From the NCBI GenBank assembly GCA_016840855.1, contig JAEORO010000028.1:1-10985 (forward strand): a stretch of 10,985 bases of DNA, given 5' to 3'. Position numbers and translations under genes: made by a program. The stretch's first letter is position 1. Every line of letters begins with the position of its first letter. The notes under the pieces are model-generated. The model did not search any database. It was not told the DNA's origin and was given only the letters and a program-made list of their open reading frames with translations. The stretch comes from Candidatus Thorarchaeota archaeon (lineage in GTDB: Archaea > Asgardarchaeota > Thorarchaeia > Thorarchaeales > Thorarchaeaceae). Below are positions 1-6,062 of this stretch, one piece after another.

Positions 1-1
1 A

Positions 2-946
2 TCAACCATTAGCAAACATAGGATTGCGAGAACATCGCCGCAGCTAAAAACCATCGCGAGTTCTACTTCATCCGCCGCAATAACAGGTCTTGCAACTGAT
101 GACGTACATTTGTTTTCCACTGATAACTCTGGACAGATAACCTCCCGGGAAAAACCAGAATTTAACATCTTCAGAAATGGTCAAAGTCATAGCAGTACAT
201 ACATTCAATCACTTCATGTTGACAATCAATTTCTCTACGGAGGAACAATTTGGGAAGATTGCAGCATCAAGCTATATGATAAGCTGAACTTGGAACTGAA
301 AAAGACTCTTACTGGTCCTCTTGGAACTGTTTTCACATTGGTTTCAGATGACGACTTTCTGTTTTCAGGTACTGGAGATTCTAGAGTTATCATATGGGAC
401 AAAAAAGATTGGAGTCAAGTCGGTTCCGTTAATGGTCAGAGACACTTTGTGCTTTCACTTATTGTTGATGAAAAACACATCTATGCTGGAGGGATTGATG
501 ATTGCACGAATGTCTTTACTCGGGATGACCTTAGTCAAGTGACTTCTCTCGAGGGGCACAAGTCGAATGTTTTATCCCTTACTACTGATGAGAACTATCT
601 CTATTCAGGGTCGGGTGAGCTTTGGTGGGGCGGTCCAGGTTCACCTCGCCCGCCACATTTCGAGAGTGCAGTTCGTGTTTGGGCAAAGAGGGATTGGACC
701 TGCATCGCTGTTCTAACGGGTCACACTGATAATGTGAATGCAGTCACCACAGACAGTCGTTTTGTTTATTCTGTTTCCGATGATTCAACTTTACGGATTT
801 ATTCCAAAAAGGATTGGAATGAATTATTCTCCATTGCAGTGGATGCAAGGAGGATTGAAACCATGACAGCAGATGAACAGTCTATCTACATTGGTTGCTC
901 TGATGGCTCTATTCGCCAATTATCAAAGGATGACCTTGAGGTCTAG
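2..946 (+). CDS. WD40-repeat beta-propeller protein, 5'-partial (frame open from the window edge)
   Basis: The frame of ORF 110..946 has no stop from position 2 (STISKHRIARTSPQLKTIASSTSSAAITGLATDDVHLFSTDNSG), so the TTG at 110 is probably internal. It has ~40-aa repeats with GH (EGHKSNV, TGHTDNV) and blade ends LYDKLNL, IWDKKDW, VFTRDDL, VWAKRDW, IYSKKDW, QLSKDDL. Stop is TAG at 944-946. Confidence 0.9.
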   Translation, partial: STISKHRIARTSPQLKTIASSTSSAAITGLATDDVHLFSTDNSGQITSREKPEFNIFRNGQSHSSTYIQSLHVDNQFLYGGTIWEDCSIKLYDKLNLELKKTLTGPLGTVFTLVSDDDFLFSGTGDSRVIIWDKKDWSQVGSVNGQRHFVLSLIVDEKHIYAGGIDDCTNVFTRDDLSQVTSLEGHKSNVLSLTTDENYLYSGSGELWWGGPGSPRPPHFESAVRVWAKRDWTCIAVLTGHTDNVNAVTTDSRFVYSVSDDSTLRIYSKKDWNELFSIAVDARRIETMTADEQSIYIGCSDGSIRQLSKDDLEV

Positions 947-1299
947 AATCCTATAGGTTCGATTGGATGAAGGAACGTTTGGAATTCTAATGTCCTACCC
1001 TCTGGATCTTGAGCAAAGAACTGGTAGATCTCATACTTTTCATTCTCCGCAGGTTCAGAGCTTGTGATATGACTAAGTAATTCATACATAGCATCAACAT
1101 CCTCCTTCGCTGGATAGAAGAATGTAATCATCCCGTCAACCTCTGAAGAATCACGATAACAGAATCCAAGCAACATATTTCCATGACTTAAAATGACACA
1201 ATCCTCCTGCTCCAGCCATACGTACATCCCAACCTCACTTACGTAGAACTCGACTATCTCTTGAAGCATTGTTGTTTTGAAAAACACAATCCCTGCCAA
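943..1299 (-). CDS. VOC (glyoxalase/bleomycin-resistance fold) family protein
   Basis: 118 aa with VOC hallmarks: IVEFYVSEVGM, ITFFYPAKEDVDAMYELL, YQFFAQDPEGRTLEFQ. TTG start directly follows an in-frame TGA, with GGTG upstream. Confidence 0.85.
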   Translation of the reverse strand: MAGIVFFKTTMLQEIVEFYVSEVGMYVWLEQEDCVILSHGNMLLGFCYRDSSEVDGMITFFYPAKEDVDAMYELLSHITSSEPAENEKYEIYQFFAQDPEGRTLEFQTFLHPIEPIGF

Positions 1300-1424
1300 T
1301 CATTACACCATGACAATTTACACATTGTTTCCTGATATTTTTAATTACACCCTTGTTTTCGGCCCGCGTCTCAAAAACGCATCACCTGTTTCGGTTTTAA
1401 GCTCCTCCCACTATGTATCCTGTA

Positions 1425-1484
1425 GATTTCAAACCCAATGATTTCACGTAAATAGATATTCAATTCAGGTGTTTCATAAAACGT
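1425..1484 (+). repeat. Imperfect 15-bp-periodic direct repeats (GATTTCA core) in the divergent intergenic region
   Basis: Units start at 1425 (GATTTCA), 1440 (GATTTCA), 1455 (GATATTCA) and 1470 (TGTTTCA). Confidence 0.35.
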
Positions 1485-1501
1485 TGAAACGATCCTGGAG
1501 G
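1464..1501 (+). promoter_or_regulatory. Inverted repeat/hairpin overlapping the SD of wHTH-1
   Basis: GTTTCA (1471-1476) pairs with TGAAAC (1485-1490). Outer TTCAGG (1464-1469) pairs with CCTGGA (1494-1499, one G-U) and overlaps GGAGG (1497-1501). Confidence 0.4.
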
Positions 1502-1511
1502 AATAAAAAAG

Positions 1512-1814
1512 GTGGCACTAAGAGCTGGAAGAACCCCCCGAAGCACCTTTGCAATCTTAAGTACGCTAATTGTTGACGGTCCTATGTGTCCTAAAGAACT
1601 CAGTGTCAAATTAGACATGGCTCCGCGTACAGTCAGTTTTGCGCTCAAACAATTATTAAGCGATAAGATTCTTCGCAGAATCCCAAATCTCCATGACATG
1701 CGTCGTCCAAAGTACCATGTCAATATTGAACAAGCTAAAGCTCTAATGGAGCGGTACAAAAACACACCTTACGTTTCAGGTATTTCACCCATGGCTTGGC
1801 GAAAAATAGCGTAG
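1512..1814 (+). CDS. Small winged helix-turn-helix (MarR/ArsR-like) transcriptional regulator, paralog 1
   Basis: PRSTFAILSTL..GPMCPKELS..RTVSFALKQL..IPNLHDMR..Y pattern of small archaeal wHTH proteins, with a DxR wing. GTG start with GGAGG 10 nt upstream. Confidence 0.85.
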   Translation: MALRAGRTPRSTFAILSTLIVDGPMCPKELSVKLDMAPRTVSFALKQLLSDKILRRIPNLHDMRRPKYHVNIEQAKALMERYKNTPYVSGISPMAWRKIA

Positions 1815-1815
1815 T

Positions 1816-2946
1816 TTAGTCCTTGCTCCACTGTTCATAAAGTCGTATAGCTCTCTCCACTCTGTGGCTATGAGTAAACGATAGAGTTTCAGAATCATCC
1901 ATTGACAGAAGGCTAAGCTCCTTTAGAGACGCTTTCTTGGCAGCGTTGAGTAGTTTGAGAATGTGGGTCTTTTTCACACTTCCATCGCTCATTAGACTGG
2001 ACAATGAACTCAGTCCCATTATGGCACTGTCGATAAAGAATGCTAATGACAGCCCTCTCAGGAATATTGTTTCATTTCCTTTCATTAAAGGATCAACCAT
2101 TAGACTAATGATTTTACATATCTTTGCCCGATTTTCCTGTATGCTTTGAGGTGGATGATTCCCAGATATCAATAGATCAAGCTGATCAATCATCGTATTA
2201 TAGAGATCATCAACAAAATCAATCATCTCAGAGATCTGCTTTGTATCTACTTTTCCTTTCTTTGGTGTCCATTCAACCAACTCGCTATCAAGAGACAATG
2301 TACTTCCTGCTTCCAATACTGTGTGGTACTCCTCTTCAGGCTCTGCAAATCCCGCCAAGATGGTTAAAAGGTCACGACCACAGCAGTTGCATATTATAGA
2401 TCCCATAACAGTACGTTCTATGATTCTGAAAGAGTCTAATGCATGGTCAGCTCCTCTTGCACGACGCATCCTCACTCTGCCATCTCTTAGGATATGGACT
2501 CTAATCTCCTCCATATTTCCCCAAGCATATGCAAGCTCTTTGCTGCACCGCATATCCTCATACCGGGATGAAACACAATCCAAGAACCAACAGAGTATCA
2601 CAGGATCGAGCACTCCGTACTTCATTGGTTCTCCTGGTTTGACACCGTTGAAGATTCTCATCTCTGCCATGAGTAGGTCTGGAGAGTCAGTACATGGCTT
2701 GGAGAGAAGAACCCCTCCTTCCGGTTGTTCGGGGGCTGGCCTTTGTGTGTTTTTCACATCTCTTGATATGTTTTCGAGTTCCTCTCTCTCCTGAGCATAC
2801 TGATTCAAACCAAGAACAGGACACGCTGAAATCTTAGCCTTTCCAACAACGATTGAGCGTGCAAATGCTCCACATGTAGTGAAACCACACAAGCCACAAT
2901 CAATCTCAGGCGTATTTTTCCTTACTTTGGTCCAGATACTACTCAT
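1816..2946 (-). CDS. Fe-S-binding protein with N-terminal putative [4Fe-4S] domain; function unknown
   Basis: C17-x2-C20-x4-C25-x16-C42-P (DCGLCGFTTCGAFA...ACP) matches the 4Fe-4S motif of AcsC/CdhE and the RnfB N-terminus (PF04060-type). It has 12 Cys in total, including KPC and CNCC. ATG start with GAGGT SD. Confidence 0.8.
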   Translation of the reverse strand: MSSIWTKVRKNTPEIDCGLCGFTTCGAFARSIVVGKAKISACPVLGLNQYAQEREELENISRDVKNTQRPAPEQPEGGVLLSKPCTDSPDLLMAEMRIFNGVKPGEPMKYGVLDPVILCWFLDCVSSRYEDMRCSKELAYAWGNMEEIRVHILRDGRVRMRRARGADHALDSFRIIERTVMGSIICNCCGRDLLTILAGFAEPEEEYHTVLEAGSTLSLDSELVEWTPKKGKVDTKQISEMIDFVDDLYNTMIDQLDLLISGNHPPQSIQENRAKICKIISLMVDPLMKGNETIFLRGLSLAFFIDSAIMGLSSLSSLMSDGSVKKTHILKLLNAAKKASLKELSLLSMDDSETLSFTHSHRVERAIRLYEQWSKD

Positions 2947-3127
2947 CAGTTGCTAACCTCTTACTAAAACAACATTAAGAATCTCTAATTTCACCTAAAA
3001 AAACACAATGTCTTCGGTATTTTAGCATGTGACTCATTTCGGAAGCTGTTATTTCATAAAAATACAATCAGGCATACGGAACTTAGTCTAATCTGAACCA
3101 AGGACGTGACGCGAATACAAAACAGAA

Positions 3128-3154
3128 ATTCACCATAATATCATATTGGTGAAT
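3128..3154 (+). promoter_or_regulatory. Perfect 8-bp inverted repeat covering the SD of wHTH-2
   Basis: ATTCACCA (3128-3135) - 11 nt - TGGTGAAT (3147-3154). The right arm contains the SD GGTGA, and the ATG is at 3159. Confidence 0.5.
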
Positions 3155-3158
3155 ATCT

Positions 3159-3419
3159 ATGCAACCGGCAATCAGACTACCAAAAAGTGCACTTCGTGTT
3201 CTGCAATGTCTCACAAAGAGAGGTCCTCTACCACCTAGGATCATTAGCAAGGAAGCCAATGTGCCCCTTCGGACTGTGACTTTTGCATTGGACCGTTTGG
3301 TACTCACTAATCTTTGTGAGAAAGTACCTAATCTTGGTGATATGCGACTCACTCTCTATGTTGCTAATCAAGAGAAAGCTAGAGCTGTTTTTGCCAGATA
3401 TGATCAGTTGGTTAAGTAG
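3159..3419 (+). CDS. Small winged helix-turn-helix transcriptional regulator, paralog 2
   Basis: LPKSALRVLQCL..GPLPP..RTVTFALDRL..VPNLGDMR..Y. Aligns ungapped to 1512..1814 at 29/76 identities by manual count. Confidence 0.85.
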   Translation: MQPAIRLPKSALRVLQCLTKRGPLPPRIISKEANVPLRTVTFALDRLVLTNLCEKVPNLGDMRLTLYVANQEKARAVFARYDQLVK

Positions 3420-3446
3420 GATGGTCGCTATGAGGAGTGAATTTAC

Positions 3447-3827
3447 ATGCTGACTTTCTCTGAGCTCAAACAGAAGTGCGAAAAAGCAATGGTTAGACCA
3501 CCCACGAGTGATGGCGAGGAAACTGTGTCTGTTTTATTTCAGAATGATTGGGTCCGAATCCTCACTGTTTGTGATTCGGATAACTTAGAAAAATGGAGAA
3601 TAGAAGTTGAGATGTCACTCCCCTCGAAAAAGAATCACCAGTATGGAAAAGATGCAATGAAATTCATTCAGAACCTCATCCAGCATCTTGAGTATCTAAT
3701 CCGTCTTGATAACGAAGGATTATCCTTGGACATAATGTCTCGAGATGGTCTATGGACTGCGTATATTGATTTTGATGATCTTCCTCAGGACAGCTTATTC
3801 AAAGCTCTCGTTCCACCAAATGTGTGA
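3447..3827 (+). CDS. Hypothetical protein, probably co-transcribed with wHTH-2
   Basis: 126 aa, strong SD (GAGGAGTGA, 3432-3440), 27 bp downstream of wHTH-2. Globular alpha/beta-like composition; no family recognised. Confidence 0.75.
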   Translation: MLTFSELKQKCEKAMVRPPTSDGEETVSVLFQNDWVRILTVCDSDNLEKWRIEVEMSLPSKKNHQYGKDAMKFIQNLIQHLEYLIRLDNEGLSLDIMSRDGLWTAYIDFDDLPQDSLFKALVPPNV

Positions 3828-3927
3828 ATTTGTGTACTTCATTGAATAGATGATCTCCTCGCTGGATTATCCGACTTGTTTATGTAGGACCTAGCAATGA
3901 TAAGAATTACTGGCTGGGTGTGCAATC

Positions 3928-5949
3928 ATGAGTTTCGAAATTTCCAATGCAATGACTATCAAGCTTTCATCAAATCTCCCTCTTAATACGGTCTTTGATG
4001 ATCAATATCGGAGAGCTCCAAATCGAGGGTTTGATTTGACAACAGCTGAAACAATTGTGGCTGTAAAGAATGCACTCCGTTATGTGCCTGAGAATCTCCA
4101 TGAAACTCTTGCACCTGAGTTCCTCAATGAACTTATGACAAGGGGCCGCATCTATGGCTATCGATATCGTCCAGCGGGACCCATCAAAGCTAGACCTATT
4201 GATGAGTATAACGGTATACTTGAAGCCCGAGCATTGCAGTTGATGATTGACAATAATCTAGACTTTGAGGTTGCTCTTTATCCATATGAGCTTGTCACGT
4301 ATGGAGAGAGTGGTCAGGTGTGCCAAAATTGGATGCAATACCAGCTAATTAAGAAATATCTTGAAGTCATGACAGATGAACAGACACTTGTTGTAAGCTC
4401 AGGGCATCCTGTTGGTTTATTTCCATCGCATAAGAATGCTCCACGTGCCATCACGACCAACGGGCTTATGGTAGGAATGTTCGACTCTCATGATGGATTT
4501 CACCATGCAGCAGCGATGGGTGTAGCAAATTATGGTCAGATGACTGCAGGCGGATGGATGTATATCGGCCCTCAAGGCATAGTTCACGGAACCTATATCA
4601 CACTCTTGAATGCAGGAAGACTGTACCTAGGCATTCCAAATGATGGTGACTTGAGTGGAAAGGTCTTCTTGACCTCAGGTCTTGGCGGCATGAGCGGTGC
4701 TCAGGCAAAAGCAATTGAGATAGCTGGTGGAATTGGAATCATTGCCGAGGTAGACAAAAGTCGCATAGTCACGCGTAGAGAACAAGGTTGGTTACGCAAA
4801 TCCTCTGAAGACTTTGCAGAGATTTTCCAATGGGTCGAAGAATATCGATCGAAAGGTGAGCCAGTTTCTATTGGTTATTACGGGAATGTTGTCGACCTTT
4901 GGGAATATGTTGCTCAAAATGACATCAAGATTGAGCTCGCTTCCGATCAAACTTCATGTCATGATGCATATGGAGGTGGATACACACCTCAGGGGGTCAC
5001 TTTTGAGGAGGGCCGAGAACTACTCCGAACCGACCGTACAAGTTTCGACATGCTGGTCGATAAATCTCTCCGTAAGCAGTTCGAGCTTATCGAAACCATG
5101 ACAAAACGAGGAACTCATTTCTGGGACTATGGGAACAGCTTCTTGAAAGCGGTGTTTGATGCTGGTGTCAAGAGAATTGCCAAGAATGGGGAGAACGAGT
5201 CTGATGGATTCATCTTTCCATCATATGTTGAGGACATCATGGGTCCAATTTGCTTTGACTATGGGTATGGTCCATTCCGTTGGGTCTGTTTAAGTGGAAA
5301 GCATGAAGACCTGATAGCTACTGACAGAATGGCTATGTCGAGGATTAATCCTGAGCGCCGAGGGCAAGACCGTGACAACTACATATGGATTCGAGATGCC
5401 GAGAAAAATGCACTTGTAGTCGGCTCTCAAGCTCGTATCCTATATGCAGATGCAATTGGGCGAGTAAATATCGCACTTGCATTCAATAAAATGGTTCGCG
5501 AGAAAAAAGTCGGTCCTATCATGTTGGGACGCGATCACCATGATACAGGAGGAACAGATTCTCCCTTCAGAGAAACTGCAAACATTCGTGATGGTAGTAA
5601 TGTGATGAGCGACATGGCGCATCAATGTTGGGCAGGTAATTCGTCTCGCGGAATGACACTTTGTGTATTGTCTAACGGTGGCGGTGTGGGTACAGGTAAA
5701 GCAATCAACAGTGGATTTGGCTTGGTTCTGGACGGTACTGAGCGTGTGGACAATATCATTCGATCTGCACTAGACTGGGATGTAATGGGTGGTGTTGCAC
5801 GTCGTGCATGGGCACGAAATGATCATGCTGTCGAAACAGCTATCGAATGGAATGAACGACTAGGAAACAAAGGACAAATCTCACTTCCATTCATTCCGAA
5901 GAAAGGTTTGGTAGAGAAACTAGTTGAGAAAACTCTTCATGATGCGTAG
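3928..5949 (+). CDS. hutU: Urocanate hydratase (long ~670-aa form)
   Basis: Urocanase motifs LMIDNNLD, ELVTYGESG, YGQMTAGGWMYIGPQGIVHGT, GLGGMSGAQ, SDQTSCH, FWDYGN, GPFRWV, GRDHHD, NGGGVG. GGTG SD. Confidence 0.97.
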   Translation: MSFEISNAMTIKLSSNLPLNTVFDDQYRRAPNRGFDLTTAETIVAVKNALRYVPENLHETLAPEFLNELMTRGRIYGYRYRPAGPIKARPIDEYNGILEARALQLMIDNNLDFEVALYPYELVTYGESGQVCQNWMQYQLIKKYLEVMTDEQTLVVSSGHPVGLFPSHKNAPRAITTNGLMVGMFDSHDGFHHAAAMGVANYGQMTAGGWMYIGPQGIVHGTYITLLNAGRLYLGIPNDGDLSGKVFLTSGLGGMSGAQAKAIEIAGGIGIIAEVDKSRIVTRREQGWLRKSSEDFAEIFQWVEEYRSKGEPVSIGYYGNVVDLWEYVAQNDIKIELASDQTSCHDAYGGGYTPQGVTFEEGRELLRTDRTSFDMLVDKSLRKQFELIETMTKRGTHFWDYGNSFLKAVFDAGVKRIAKNGENESDGFIFPSYVEDIMGPICFDYGYGPFRWVCLSGKHEDLIATDRMAMSRINPERRGQDRDNYIWIRDAEKNALVVGSQARILYADAIGRVNIALAFNKMVREKKVGPIMLGRDHHDTGGTDSPFRETANIRDGSNVMSDMAHQCWAGNSSRGMTLCVLSNGGGVGTGKAINSGFGLVLDGTERVDNIIRSALDWDVMGGVARRAWARNDHAVETAIEWNERLGNKGQISLPFIPKKGLVEKLVEKTLHDA

Positions 5950-6062
5950 CAAATCTGATATTTCAAGTTCAACGATAACTACTAAAGAGAGCTTCTACGA
6001 CCCTCACTAGACAGCAACAAGTAGCCAATACATGCTGTTCATGTTAGGCTTTGGTGGACACA

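Noticed and set aside
110-112. TTG at 110 as the WD40 start
   Set aside because: The frame is open to the window edge and the upstream residues already look like a blade (AITGLATDDVHLFS).
1816-2946. Calling the Fe-S protein CdhE/AcsC or RnfB
   Set aside because: Only the N-terminal cluster motif matches; corrinoid-binding and ferredoxin domains and the cognate operon partners are absent.
1300-3158. Both divergent spacers before the wHTH genes are exactly 212 bp (1300-1511, 2947-3158), suggesting a recent duplication
   Set aside because: They do not align collinearly (shared motifs sit at different offsets) and the proteins are only about 38% identical; probably coincidence.
1460-3352. Alternative and antisense ORFs 1460..1765(-), 1937..2149(+), 2124..2399(+), 2321..2794(+), 3083..3352(-), plus 321..542(+)
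   Set aside because: Shadows of better-supported genes. The resemblance between 1460..1765 and 3083..3352 only mirrors the wHTH paralogy on the other strand.
3421-3453. Mini-ORF MVAMRSEFTC between wHTH-2 and the hypothetical gene
   Set aside because: No convincing SD or leader-peptide features; expected by chance.
3159-3827. wHTH-2 and the 126-aa ORF are in the same frame, suggesting read-through fusion or a split pseudogene
   Set aside because: Two different stops (TAG 3417, TGA 3438) intervene, the downstream ORF has its own strong SD, and same-frame occurs by chance one time in three.
3828-3927. His-rich leader peptide or HutC-like operator upstream of hutU; small palindrome GGATTATCC (3864-3872)
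   Set aside because: No His-codon run is present, and the palindrome is too short to support a call.
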